A stretch of 64,000 nt of DNA, taken from Eledone cirrhosa. Lineage: Eukaryota. The stretch is from positions 85,684,001 through 85,748,000 of the forward strand of contig OZ024743.1 of NCBI GenBank assembly GCA_964016885.1. Direction: 5' to 3'. Positions 38,412-54,963 of the stretch are shown here, piece after piece. How positions within the stretch are numbered: position 1 is the stretch's first letter; each line of letters starts with the position of its first letter. The notes beneath the pieces are model-generated. The model did not search any database and had not been told where the DNA came from. It saw only the letters and a program-made list of their open reading frames with translations. The translations under genes and the position numbers were made by a program.

Positions 38412-39339
38412 TATCTATCATGGATATATTGAAAGAAAAGAGAATAATACTGCACCACAAAGAGAGTGGGACAAATGTTTAACAAGTGAAGAAAAAAATG
38501 TTTGCGTTTGACAGTCCTCAAACAAACAAAAATATTTCTGTTTTAAGCAGCAAAGACATTGCCAGCGAAGAAAATAGCATGAAAAACAACAACAACAATG
38601 ACAATGACAATGATGAAAAGAAAGCAGACAGCAAACAGGTTACTGATATCACCACCAACGCACAACAACCAAGGCCGTTGGTGGGGACAGTGAGAATAAC
38701 AACAAAACACATACAAGTCTTTCCTTTACAAGTGCTGCAAAAGAATAACATGCAATGAAGAGGCGGTGAAACAGGTTAGATGGCTGGTTGAAGAAACTAA
38801 CCACATATTCAATATAAACACCACAATGACCAGAGTGACCACAATCCAAATTACAGTACCTTTCATGATGACGTACTATACAATTGGATTAAAAACATGA
38901 CATGTGGAGTGGGCAAGTGATACCCAAATCCCAAAAGCATTAGGCTTAAATATCAATAATTTACAATTTTTACCTGATTTTTTTTTTGTTAGATTAGACT
39001 TTTATGGGCAGGTGAAATTAATTAACAGGTTAATGACTTTATGGATACACACAAAAATTTAAACTTTATCTGACTTACCTGTTAGATTTGTATAAAAAGT
39101 ATCCAACAATGACCTAGATGTTGACTTCCAACAATTTTAACACTTTTCCAAACAGGTGAATTAATTTAAAATGCAGGTATAATCAGTACACGGTTTTAAT
39201 GTTTTTCTACATTCCATGCAAATATTTTCATTGAAAAAAATGTATAAAACCCTTTCACCAGTCAAAATAATATTGGCAATGTACTCTTACACAATGTACT
39301 GAGTAGATTTATATAACAGAATGTACCCAATATATAAGT

Positions 39340-42300
39340 TCATTAACAGGTGTGATGCAGATGAATGCAGGTGTTTTTTGTATATAATGTGTTCCAATGT
39401 ATTTTAAAAATATTTCCTTCAATATTGTCAGACAATATTTCTATCGTGAAATTGGCCAAAACAGCCTTTACATAATGGCACTTTGCAAAAGGAACACATA
39501 AATGAGGTTTCAATTGGATACCCTTTAGCAGTTTTTCTTTTTTGCGAAGAGCACATTCGGCAAACCTCCCATCAATGTTCTACACTTTATGAAAATCAAT
39601 ATTTTCTTTGTTTACCTCAGATAATTATGACTTTCTCCCAGCTTTGTGTTTGCAAGAAGTATATCCTCCACGTAGCTGAGATGTGACATCCACACAAAAT
39701 TTCATGTGGCAGTAGTCCTTTGGTGGTGGTGGATTCTTGTTTCTTTTAGTGAATACAATAAAAGAATTAACAATGGCTAAATTCACTAAAAACCACAAGA
39801 TATATCTCCACCATTTCTTTCCAGGGTATCCAACTGGGTAATATGCGCAATACTGGTTGGATTTGTCAACCTTATCCATATATTTATTGTAGGAGAGGTT
39901 GACTAAAGGTTTACCTTCAGCCCCAAAACCTGGTTGTTGGTTAGAAGATAGGAACAAAATTTGCCGTTTATCTTTGTCCCTTTTTGCACTTGGAGAATGT
40001 CCCCTCTTTTTTAAAATTTTGTACCTTTTATTTCTTGGGGTAGCTCTTCGCGATTCTTCATTATTGAACCGCAGGTGTACGTATTTATGAGGTTTGAACA
40101 AATAAAGGGGAAATAAATTTAGCCGGTTTTTGCTGAAAAAAACCTCACCCAACCAGCAATGGCCACAACAGCGGCACCATCACCAACACCACAAGCAGCA
40201 ACACTCACAAACACAAACTTTGTAATCCCATTGTCTTTCAATTGTCAAATGTATTTTGACAAAGGTGTTGAATTCTGCAGTCGTCTGTTATTAAATGTAT
40301 TCAGGTGTTGAGAGAAGCAAGATTAAAAGTATTTTCGGTCACTCCAATGTAAATTTTTCCCTGTACTTCTGCTTTATATATGAGCTCTGGAAGGCATTTA
40401 TTGTCTAGTGGGCATTGAGTTTGGACTTTACAATTGCATTCCCAGGTTGCCTGAGATGTGTTGTTGTGGAACTGGTACAGTAATGCGCCAGCTTCAGTAA
40501 TCAGAAGAAGGGAAGTAGGCATAAAAGCCAAACTTGCTGTCTTCAATTTGGTATTTGTGCCAACCCTTACCTATGGTTATGAATCTCGATAGAGTATGTA
40601 GCTCAGAGATCAGAGAGTCACTCCAGGTAGAGTAGCTAGTTCTCTGAATTGAGAGATCACAGCTCTGATGCTATTGGAATGTGGTTAGAATGTGTCAAAG
40701 AATCGCTGGACAGATTTTTATGGTCAAAACCAACCGACAGGAGACCCGAGGGTAGACCCCGAGCAAGATGGTTGGATAAAATCAATGAGCTTGGCTGGTC
40801 TCGCTTGGGGATACAGCCGGATCAGTTGGAGACAGCTGCTTCTGACAGTACCCCCTAGAAAGAATGTTTCAGGACTCTGTCCCCCCTGAACCTCTCGGGA
40901 ATAAATGGGCGAAGAAAAAGAAGAATTTCAAATACTCTGAACCTTCGTCTTAATTTTCGAGACAACAATATTTATTTATTTACCCTTATGATAGCTATGA
41001 TTTTATTAGCTTTCCACTTTGGATAGGCACCATGACCTTTTCCTTCTGTCTCCCTTTCTCTCTCTCCCACTCTTCTCTTGTACCTTCTCATGCTTGCTGT
41101 TCTGCTCTCAACTTGCCACCCCCAGGGTTAACACCCTCCTTTTCACTGGCAGAGCATGCTTTATCTCGCTTTCTGATCTGTCTGTTTTTGTCTTGTCGGC
41201 ACACATGCATCATACTAGCAGAAATGTTTATTTTCTGTTGCACGAGCTGGCATAATAAATTACAGTCCTTTCGATTAATTTGTGCAAAACTGCAAGCCAA
41301 AATTTTTGTTTCATTTATAACTTTAATCTTGACTCTTCTTGTAATCCTAATCTCCATTTGTCTTCCTTTCTTTCTTTTTATCACTTCTATGTACCAACAT
41401 ACTCTTTCTCTCAATTATATCTATATTTCATCTATCTGTCACCCACCTCACAACTTTAACCACTTCTATGTGTCAACACACTTCTCTCTCAATCATTTCT
41501 ATATTTCATCTACCTGTCACTCACCTCACAACTTTACTTTTCTCTTCACCAACTGATTTCTGTCCTTAGATGTATTTTTTTTACCTCACTTACATGTTGT
41601 TGTCATTGGCAGCATTTGGCTGTTTTAATGCTATTCCTTGCGTGCAAATTCTTTCTATGAATTTATTTGATTATTGTTTTCTCTTTTATTTTTCATTTTT
41701 TAAAAATTTATTGCAAACAACGTAATCCAATTTTAATTTTTTTAATAAAAAAAAAAAGTGGTATGGAGTGTATAGAACAAGCTGTGAATGACAGCCACAT
41801 CAAGCTTGGATGATATCCAAACATTGAGAGAGAAGAGAGGTGGGAGGAAGGGGTGCTTTGGTGTTGTTCTGATATGTTTATTTAACATATTTCATTCTTT
41901 TTTACCCTCACTGATGGCTGCTAATGGCTGCTGTTTCACAACAAATCAGTCTTTATTTAAGTGATCTATGACTGATTCTACTCCAGCTGTGACCATCCTG
42001 TTTATGGAGACATTTTGAAATATATACTGCCTTTGTTAAATCAGTAGAGTGTGAGTTGAGGATTCCCCATTATTGCACCACAGGTGTACGTATTCATGAG
42101 AGCAAGATCCTCTGCTAGAAGCACTGAAGAAAAAAACGGTCAAATATATGTGTCAGGTTGAGAGTAGAAGGGTTCAATCAGAGAGCACACAACATCGTAT
42201 CCCAATCCATTTTTTCTCTCTCCGTTATGTTTCTTTCCTGTGTAAACATCAAAGTTTGCACAGTATCCTGTGTTCGATTCACAGAGTTCCCACACTTTGA

Positions 42301-43310
42301 TGCCCCATTTGGTTGGTTTAGCTCACACACATTGTCTGAAATGTACCCTACCCTTATACCCAATCATAGCTTCATCAACACTGAGATTTTTTCCAGGTAT
42401 ATATACAGTTTAAAATTTTTCAGATAGCATTTTAATTAATGGACAAACTTTATACAGATGGTCATAATTCAATTCATTTCTACCGGGGGCATTTGAAGTA
42501 TCAACCAGATGCAAATACTGGTTTAATTTTAAATACCTTGTTTTCGGCATAATATTTTATATATAAGGGTCACTAAACCTTATATCAGTGCTCCAGTAAT
42601 TCCACAGTCTTAGAAATTGTTTTAGACCGAACATAATATCTATGATAAAAAATGCTTGTATTTCTGCAGCATCTGTCGGTCACCATAACAGATCAGGTTT
42701 TCCTCGATTTGAAATCTGTTGTTGGGCATATCGATTAGTCTCTTCTGCCACAACTTTGAAGAAAGCCAGTGCTTTAGCACCGGGAGGTAATGTGTGTTGT
42801 GGCCCAGTATTTTGAATAAAATCGGGAACATGTATTGGTGTGGTATTTTTCAACCACATTGCTGTAATATTTTCAATGGCGTCCTGGAGATCTCCTTCGT
42901 TTTCACTTTCAAAACAATCATCGTCAGATGAAATTTCAGAAATATAAACGTCTGATTCATTTGAAGATATATCACTATTATTATCTTTTGTTTCTTCTTC
43001 ATTTTGAATGTCATCGTGTGTAAAACCTTCAAAGTCGGTATCGCTACTTTCACAAGCCATGTTGATACACACAACAAAATCTGTTGTATTTTCAACGTTA
43101 AAAAGACACGTGTTGTTTTAAGTTGTTTCACTATATGAAGTGGTATTTTTCGTCGTAAGGCCCTTATCTCGCTGTAATCTTGAATTGACGAGATTTTGAT
43201 GACAGTATTGGTTATTTTTAGAATGATATTTTAGTGTGGGTGTTGTTGGCCAGTTTGAACAAATAAAGGAGAAATAATTTTAGCCTGTTTTTGCCGAAAA
43301 AGAACCCACC
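39340..43310 (-). mobile_element. Second piggyBac-like copy, decayed and interrupted
   Basis: 5' part 42425-43290 matches 17400-18290. Catalytic-core remnants (DEAMIGYKGR, KPTKWGIK, VYTGK, DRFF) at 42060-42400. 3' part 39340-40090 matches 18295-18840. Confidence 0.85.
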
Positions 43311-43589
43311 CAACCAGCAGTGAGCACAACAGCGGCACCATCACCCCCACTCACCCCCACCACAAGCAACAACACACACCTGCACCACACAATAACAGAT
43401 TAACCCAACAAGTGGCAGACATTCCACTCTCCAGTGACATGGTTAATCTGACTAGGATAAGGAGTGAAAAACTGTAACTAAACGGAGAAGAGACAAAAAT
43501 AAAAAGCAGTAAACAATAATGAACAAACCTTGTCCATGCAAAAAGCAGAAATAAAGACAGGAAAAGAAAAAAAACATCACAAACACAAA

Positions 43590-44165
43590 CTTTGTAATCT
43601 CGCTGTCTTTCAATTGTCAAATGTATTTTGACAGAGGTGTTGAATTCTGCAGTCGTCTGTTATTAAATGTATTCAGGTGTTGAGAGAAGCAGGATTTAAA
43701 AGTATTTTCGGTCAGTCCAATGTAAAATTTTCCCTGTACTTCTGCTTTATATATGAGCTCTGGAAGGCATTTATTGTCTAGTGGGCATTGAGTTTGGACT
43801 TTACAATTGCATTCCCAGGTTGCCTGAGACATGTTGTTGTGGAGCTGGTGCAGTAATGCGCCAACTTCAGCATTCAGTAATCAGAAGAAAGGAGGTAGGC
43901 ATAAAAGCCAAACTTGCTGTCTTCAATTTGGTATTTGTGCCAACCCTTACCTATGGTTATGAATCTTAGGTATTGACCGAAACAATACGATCGCGAATAT
44001 AAGCAGCTGAAATGGGTTCCTTCGAAGGGTCTTAGAAGTAACATTACTCGATAGAGTGTATAGCTCAGAGATCAGAAAGTCATTCCAGGTAGAGCCGCTA
44101 CTTCTCCGAATTGAGAGATCACAGCTCTGATACTATAGGAATGTGGTTAGAATGTCTCAGGAACG
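43590..44165. pseudogene. Back-to-back GIY-YIG (minus) and RTE RT (plus) remnants; duplicated at about 40210-40680
   Basis: CNCKVQTQCPLDNKCL.ELIYKAEV..YIGLTENTFK (-) joined to KLAVFNLVFVPTLTYGYES (+). Confidence 0.75.
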
Positions 44166-44936
44166 AGCATGTGTATGTGTTGGTGAATTTCAGGAAGCAT
44201 GGAAGTGTTGAAATCACTCATTCAATGCAAAAATTTTGTGTGTCATTTTAACATCAAGTGAGTGAATGTGGGAAATTTCTGAAAGAGAAAACAGAAATTA
44301 ATATGAGAAACACCACTGTTTTCAAGCTGCTGGTGTGAAAGTGAAATAGCACTTACAGTTTCTGTACCAAATGACTTCATGTAAATAACTTCCTATATTA
44401 TTTATAATTAATTTTATTAAAATACAGTTTCAGATTGTTACAGTTTTTAAAACATTCAAAGTTTTGTTCTTGGTCTTCCATTATCTGATTTATATCCAGT
44501 CTGAATAACTATTTGAATGTTAATGACTCTTCTCAGAACTCTAGAAAATACCAAAATGTTCCTTGTTTGCAGGGATATTTATATCTTATCTAGGAATATG
44601 GCCTGGCCATTCCCATTTAACCTCCTGTCTTTTTTTTTTTTTTTTATATACAGGTTATTTGCATATCTCCTTTGAATATTTTTTTCATGTAGCATATGTT
44701 GAAATACCTTCTTAATACTCAAAATCCTTTAATGCCCATTAAAATTTCCAATCGTCCACCATTTTCTGTTCAGTTGCTCATTGCCCAAAACAGTTAATAC
44801 TGCCCAGGTTGGCAAACTCTGCTGTATGTGTTGTCTCAATAGATGAAAGCGCTATCCTGCTACCTACATAAGAGAGACAACATTCTATCCACTGTTCATC
44901 CAGCTGTATAAACCATAGAAAGAAAATAAATAAAAC

Positions 44937-45140
44937 CATTAGAGGCAACCTGTCAAAGGGGACAGTAGCTCAGGGAGGAGGATCTCTATTAGAGACAACC
45001 TATCCAGGAGGGTGGTAACTCTGGGCAGAAGTGACTCTGTCTATCTGAAGCACCGTGTCAAGGAGGACGGTAACTCAGGGACTGTTCATTCATCAGAGGC
45101 AACCTGTCAAGGAGGCCAGTGACTTAGAGCAGAGGGGACT
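44937..45140 (+). repeat. Diverged ~50-bp minisatellite
   Basis: Four units of agaggcaacctgtcaaggaggac.gtaactcaggg. Confidence 0.6.
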
Positions 45141-45806
45141 GTTTAACTCTGCTGCAGACATCAGTCAGAACCAGTGCCAAATAGAATGGTTGGAGGAAAG
45201 GAAAGGTGCCGAATCATCAAAAATGCCAAACAGGCTCAAATGACTAACACAGTCAGTCTCTGCTGTGTTTGTCAGACTAAAAGACTGTACCCACTTCAAC
45301 ATGGAAAAAGCAGTTGTAAAATGTTGTATGTGTGTGAGAGAGAGGGGTGTGTTTACGTAGTCTGTAACTGTATATTCTATTTTATATTAGTGTAAGGAGA
45401 AACTGGAAGTTATATTACTGTTGGTTCATGATCACATGATCAGATTGAACTATTGGAAGTCACGGAGTGATGGTGGTGATGGAGATGATGGGTGATAGTA
45501 GTTGGGGTGGTGCTAGTGGTAATTGTGGTGATAGTAGTTGGGGTGATGGTGGTAATGGTGATGGTAGTTCGAGTGGTGATGGGTGCTGTGGTGTGATGAT
45601 AGTACTTGGTGCGGTGATGGTGGTTGCGGTGGGGGAGGTAGAGACTGGGGTATGGTAGAGTGAGAGGATAAATATGGTAGGTGTGGTGGTTGTGGTGGTG
45701 GTGGTCCATGGTTTCAAGTTACACATTTGTCCTAATTCCTTTGCACTATTAAATGTTTCAATCACCTTACTAAAGTGAAACCTTTATAAATTTTCTCTCA
45801 TTTCAG

Positions 45807-45964
45807 ACATTGTTTCCCAAGGGCAGACAACCATTGGTGTCACAACGTTTGGTCTCGTCAAATTTCCTAAAAAGAAATCTAAAGCTTTCCACCAACATTT
45901 CATTCTGACGTCACAGGAGAACGTATGGAAGATCGTTAGTGACAATTATCGATTCGTTGATTAA
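45807..45964 (+). CDS. NXT1: NXT1/2 terminal coding exon
   Basis: ttttctctcatttcag| acceptor, phase-compatible with 31051 (G+AC = Asp). Encodes DIVSQGQTTIGVTTFGLVKF...FHQHFILTSQENVWKIVSDNYRFVD*. AATAAA at 45974 and about 45985. Confidence 0.9.
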
Positions 45965-46516
45965 TCTTCATTTAATAAAGTATAATAAATTGGCAAAAAA
46001 GAACTATTTAATTATAGTTTGTTATCCTTTGGTTTTAATTGTGTTCCAGTTCACCAACATTGACTTGTTACTTAACAAATTTTAACAACTAAATATTAAC
46101 AACTAAATATTAACAACCTAGATTTAAACCTTGAGCAAGTATCTTCTACCATAGTCTCTAGTTGACTTCGTGAGTAGAGTTTTGATTGGAAACTGTGAAG
46201 AAGTTTGTGTGCGTTTATATATATATACATATATATATATATATGGGTGATGTGTTGTTTCCTTGAGCAAGACACTTTATTTCACATTGCTCCAGTTTAC
46301 TCAGCTGTAGAAATGAGATGATAGGGACTGAGGTCCATATCATTCCACTGCAAAGTGGTCGTGGAGGTGCCACGGCAAAAAAGCACCCAGCACTCACTGT
46401 AAATGAGGTTGGTGTTAGGAAGGGCATCCAGCTGTAGAAATCAAGCCAGAATCAGTTCCCGTCCCACCCTTGCAAGCAGGGAAAAGCGGACGTAAAATGA
46501 AATGATGAAAATGATT

Positions 46517-46944
46517 ATATGTATATATATATATAGATATATGTATATATGTATATATGTATATGTATATATGTATATGTGTATATGTATATGTATATGT
46601 ATATGTGTATATATATGTATATGTGTATATATATGTATATGTGTATATATATATATATGTATATGTATATATGTATATGTATATGTGTATATATATGTAT
46701 ATGTATATATGTATATATATATGTATAGATATATATGTATATGTATATGTATATATATATGTATATGTATATATATATGTATATGTATATATGTATATAT
46801 ATATGTATATGTATATATATATGTATATATGTATATATGTATATATATATGTATATGTATATATATATGTATATGTATATATATATGTATATGTATATGT
46901 GTATATATATGTATATGTATATATATATGTATATATGTATATGT

Positions 46945-46975
<31 letters not shown>

Positions 46976-46980
46976 TATGT

Positions 46981-47011
<31 letters not shown>

Positions 47012-47041
47012 TATGTATATATATATGTATATATATATATG

Positions 47042-47072
<31 letters not shown>

Positions 47073-47191
47073 GTATGTATATATATATATGTATATGTAT
47101 ATATATATATATGTATATGTATATATATGTATATGTATATATATATATATGTATATGTATGTATATATGTATATGTATATATATGTATATG

Positions 47192-47224
<33 letters not shown>

Positions 47225-48078
47225 GAATTAGTTTAGCGAGGTTTTTTATATGAAATCGTATACACACACGCAAACGCATGCGCAAAGAAGACAAAATAAA
47301 ATAAGATAAACAAACAAGCAAATAAATAAATAAATATATAGACAGACTGAATAAAAAAAATGGCGTAGACATACAACACAACAGGAGGAACAATGAATAT
47401 AACACCACTGATGATGTTGCAGATGTGCAACGAAAGATTTATGTAAATTATGTAAACTATATATATGTGTTTGTGTCTATATTGTATCTGTATTATTTTT
47501 GACCGCCGGTCAGTCAATGGCAACATTGAGGACCGAGTAAGTTAGATCGCAGATATAAAAGACAGCGAGAAGCGAAAGCCAACCAAACAGTGAGTGTGTT
47601 CTGTTATTAATTCTGGCAATATTACGCAAATATGACCCTCCCCAAATATAACAATATATATATATGTATATGTATATATGTATATGTATATATATATGTA
47701 TATGTATATATATATGTATATATATATGTATATGTATATATATATATGTATATGTATATATATATATGTATATATGTATATATGTATGTATATGTATGTA
47801 TATGTATATATATATATATGTATATATATGTATATGTATATATATATATATGTATATATGTATATATGTATGTATATGTATATATATATGTATATGTATA
47901 TATATATGTATATGTATATATATATGTATATATATATATGTATATGTATATATATATGTATATATATATATGTATATATATATATGTATATATATATATG
48001 TATATATATATATGTATATATGTATATATATATGTATATATGTATATATATATGTATATATATATATGTATATATGTA
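46517..48078. repeat. (TA)n/(TATG) microsatellite tracts split by a ~430-bp unique island (47225-47653)
   Basis: Seen directly in the sequence. Confidence 0.95.
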
Positions 48079-51000
48079 TCATCATCATCATCATCGTTTT
48101 AACGTCCGTGTTCCACGCTTGCATAGGTTTGGACGGGGGTTTTCCCACTTGAGGCAAGAGTGATTGTCTTGCTCGCATAGGACTGTCTGGCAGGTTTTCT
48201 ACAGTTGGATGCCCTTCCTAACACCAACCACATTTACAGTGTGGGTCTGGGAGGTTTTTACCGTGTTGCCTACACGGCCACATTACAGCGTGGACTGTTT
48301 TTTTTTTTTTGTCGTGACACCTACACGATCTCATTTGTTTCGGCCTGGATGGTGTGGCACGAACATAACTTTACATAGAAGGGGGCGGTGTGGATGGGGT
48401 GGGGGTGGTGGGACGGGGGTGTATTTTGTTAGTGATGCCTACTGACTGTAGTAGGTTTTACTTTGTATTTAGGTATGGCGGGTCTTCTCTATTACTGAGT
48501 ACCGCCAAAGGTCTCGGTCCAGTGACATTGTCTTGGTGAGGTGTAAGTGTGTGAGGTCGGAGTTTATCAGCTCGTCCCAGGTTTTTCTAGGTCTGCCTAT
48601 TCCGTGGCTACCGTCTATCTTTATTGCCCTGCACTTTGTTATACAGCTATCGTCCTTCATGCGCATCACGTGACCATACCAACGTAGCCTTCTCTCTAGT
48701 AAACAACATCTGACCCCTCTTATTTCTAATTTTTTCCTTAGTTCGTTTATGCTTTGTCGTTCACGTATATTACTATTACACATCCAGCGGAGCATGCAAG
48801 CTTCGTTTCTCTCTAGTCTGCGTATATCCTCTGCACACAATGCCCAGGTCTCACTGCCATGCAACATTGCTGTTCGTATGCAGGCATCGTACAGCCTGCC
48901 TTTCATTTTTAGGGAGAACCCTTTATCGGCTAATAGTGGTATAAGCTCTCTGAACTTTTTCCACCCAGTTCTGACTCTAGCTACTGTACTTTCAGAGCAC
49001 CCTCCCCCACTGCTGATTTTGTCACCCAGGTAACGGAAGCTGTCCACTATTTCTATAGAACCCTCTGCGCAGTTGAAAGAGCTAGTATTTTGTGGGCACT
49101 TGCTGCTACTTATTGCCCCAGAACACCGGCCACATGTAAAATCTATGTTCTTAGTTAGCTTACCTGTGATCCCACTACATCTTTTATGCACCCAAACTTT
49201 GCATTTGGGACACAAAATGGAATTTCTACCTACGCCTTTCCTACACTCCGCGCATGGCCACTTCCCGGAGGGGACCGCCGCCTTATTTTCTTTCTTACAA
49301 ACTAGAACTTTAGTCTTAGCCAGGTTAATTTTAAGGCCTTTTGATTCTAGGCCGTGCTTCCATGTTTGGAATTTCTTCTCTAGCTCGGCCATTGATTCAG
49401 CTATGAGCGTTAGATCATCTGCGTATAGGAGTTCCCATGGGCAGCCGGTCTTGAACTCCACTGTTATAGCCTGGAGGGCAATAATAAATAGTAGGGGGCT
49501 AAGAACAGAGCCCTGATGAACACCAACTTTTACACTAAACTCTTCACTATATTCGTTGTTAATTCTAACCTTGCTGACTGTTTCTTTATACATGGCTTGT
49601 ATAGCTCTCACAAGCCATTCATCAACACCTAGTTTTCTAAGAGCCCACCAGATAATGGAACGGGGGACTCTGTCGAAGGCCTTCTCCAAGTCGACGAAAG
49701 CTAAGTATAGGGGTTTACTTTTAGCTAGGTACTTCTCCTATAGTTGTCGTACAATGAAAAGAGCGTCTGTGGTACTTTTTCCTGACACAAACCCGAACTG
49801 CATTTCATCTAGATCAATTCGCTCTCTGATTAGTTGCGCTATTACTTTTTCCGTGACCTTCATGACCTGGTCGATTAATTTAATGCCTCTATAGTTACTC
49901 CTATCTAGGGCATCTCCTTTACCCTTATAACAGTTAACGATAATGCTGCTGCGCCAGTCCTTCGGAACAACCCCATTCTGTATGACTTGGTTGACTATCC
50001 GGGTGACCATGGTGTGTCCCACCGTACCAGATGCCTTCAGCATCTCGGCAACTATTTCCGAAGGCCCAGCCGCCTTGCCTGTCTTCATATCTTTGATTGC
50101 CTTACTTATTATACTACCCTCGACTAACACTGCTGGTCCCTCTATTGGGTCGATGTGGGGGAGACTGTCTTTCTCCCATTTATTCTCCTCATTTAGTAGC
50201 CTTTCATAGTGACACTTCCAAGCTACCTTCTTATCGGCGTCGGTGATGGCAAGTATGCCGTCATCGTTAAGTACACACTTCTCCCCGACAATATCACTGT
50301 TTTCCTTGACACATTGCCTAGCAATCCTGAACACCTCACGTTTTTGGTCCTCACGTTGCAGAACATGCTTGAACTTTCTTTCCTCTGCTTCCCTTCTTGC
50401 GAAGTACACTTGTCTCCTAGCTTCCCTCCTGGCCACTTGATAGTCTTCTCTGCTTCCCCCATCCCGCCATATTTTCCAAGCCTGCTTTTTGGCCTTAATT
50501 GACCCCTCCACCTTACTGTTCCACCACCATGTTACTCTCCTCCTGCCTACAGGCCTGCTCCAGCCACAGACTTCGTCTGCCGCCGTCAGCAGGTTTGCTT
50601 TCAGGAATTCCCACTGTTCCTCTACCTTGTACGTCTCTAATTGCTCTTCCTCACTGTCGAAAGCATCAAGTAATATGCTTTGGAATTTATTTTTGGCTGT
50701 GGTGTCCTTTAGCTTCCATATTTTTCTCCTGAGGATAGTCCTCTTCTGTTGTCTAGTACGTCTCATCCTGACTATTAGGTCGCTAATTATCAGTCTATGT
50801 TGGGAAGTGCATTCTTCATGGGGGAGGGATTTAGTGTTTACGACAGTCACTTTGTCACGTCTTCTGGTAAGGATATAATCTACCTGGCTAGTATGTTCCC
50901 CTGATCTGTAGGTGATCAAGTGATTGTCTCGTTTTTTGAAGTTAGTGTTGCAGATAGTTAGGTTATTTGCGTCGCAGAATTCCAGGATTCTGGAGCCTTC

Positions 51001-52340
51001 CTCATTTCTAGTATCAAACCCATAGCCTCCATGGATTTCGTCGTAGCCGTCACAATGTTGTCCAACGTGACCGTTTAGGTCGCCTGCAATAATTATATAG
51101 TCACTGTCGGTTATTTGGGAGGTAGTGAGCATCAGTGTCTCATAGAATCTGTCTTTTATAGTGCTGAGCAGTTCGGATTGGGGTGCGTACGCGGATATTA
51201 CTGTCACCGTAGTTCTATTGAGGACAAGTCTTATTTTAAATATTCTGTCGTTCACTCTATTTACGTCTATTATCTTATCTGACCACTTTTCTGCTACCAT
51301 GATTCCTACTCCACCCAGCCCATTGTCGTTTCCCACCCAGAAAAGCTTATAGCATCGTTTTCTACCCACAATGTATCTAGCAGATCCACCCCTCCACCTG
51401 GACTCTTGAATACAACAAACATCGACCTCCTTACGTTCAAGCATTTCTACAACCTCGTTAGAGCGACCCTTTAAGGTGCCTACATTCAAGGTACCAAATC
51501 TGAAGTTTTGGATTGCGTTTGGGGGGTTGGAAAGGTGGGGAGCGGGGGGAGATGGGGTTAAGTTAGCCATCCGCGGTCGAAACAAAGAGGCATGTTCGCA
51601 TTTTCGTCCTCGAGGTGTGATTGTCTTTAACTTTGGCATTGTCGCTGAGCGTCCAGATTTTTCTCTCTTCAACTCTCCGGAACTCCGTAGTCCTTCCATC
51701 CTACATATCGAAGGCGACCAGGTAAGCGATAGTATAGGCCTCTGGCTTATGATTGGTCCACGTAATAATAATGGTGGTGTGTGGGGGCGAGAGGGAGGGG
51801 TGTTGAGTTGTTAGCGAGAAGATAGGTATAGGTGAGAACCCCGTATTAATGAACAAAAATACAAGATTTGTTTAGTAACTATACGTCAAAAACTTCCGTA
51901 TTTTTACAAGCATGACAGAAATACAAGAGATTTGTTTTGGAAAATACATGGGGAATGGATAGAGGAATAAAAAAAAATGCTATGGGAAGGACTAAAAATG
52001 CTGTTGGAAGGACTGACTATGGAGTTAGGCGTATGTTAGAAGAGGTGGAAAAATGAGTACATTACATTATAACCATGAAATGAATGAAGTTACAGCCACA
52101 AGTTTGGCGAAAGTGAATTACTTTGTCTTATATATGTATCTGGGTTGGGTAGAGAGAGAGAGGGGTGGGTGGTGGTGGTGATTTGACCGCATGTTGTAGA
52201 GTGTGGTGGAGGGGAAGGCGATATTAAGGAGCGGGGATTAGGAGTTTGAGATAGTAACATATATTTGAAATATTGTTAAGAGTTTGAAGTAACAAATATA
52301 TTTAAAATATTTGTATATGAGAAGATAGGTTTAGGTGAGA
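48077..52340 (-). mobile_element. Near full-length RTE-clade LINE (APE endonuclease + RT + PHD-type finger), one premature stop
   Basis: APE motifs TLNVGTL, CCIQESRW, SAYAPQ, GDLNGH, SQVDYIL, SQHRL. RT motifs NYRGIKL, QFGF, LYADD, FRYLG. ORFs 49738-51699 and 48469-49689 are in the same frame. (TGA)n tail at 48077-48095. 5' boundary approximate. Confidence 0.95.
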
Positions 52341-54761
<2,421 letters not shown>

Positions 54762-54908
54762 ATTTTGAGTTTATGTTGGTTGTATACCAACACCTCAGTA
54801 TGCAGGCTGGAGCACTCGACGAAGTGCGCAGGTTGGTTTGGTTACTCCGGAGTAGTGTAAAATAAAGTTAAATAAAAGTCAAATGATTAAAATTTAGCTT
54901 CGTTTATT

Positions 54909-54963
54909 ACTGCTATATATATTTCAGTGACAGCCATCTTTGGCTGTGACCTCTTCAGGCAGT
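54909..54963 (-). ncRNA. Type I hammerhead ribozyme (left arm of palindrome)
   Basis: Reverse complement of 55194-55248. Confidence 0.85.

Noticed and set aside
45440-45765. His/Thr-rich ORFs
   Set aside because: Low-complexity (GGT/GAT) intronic sequence.
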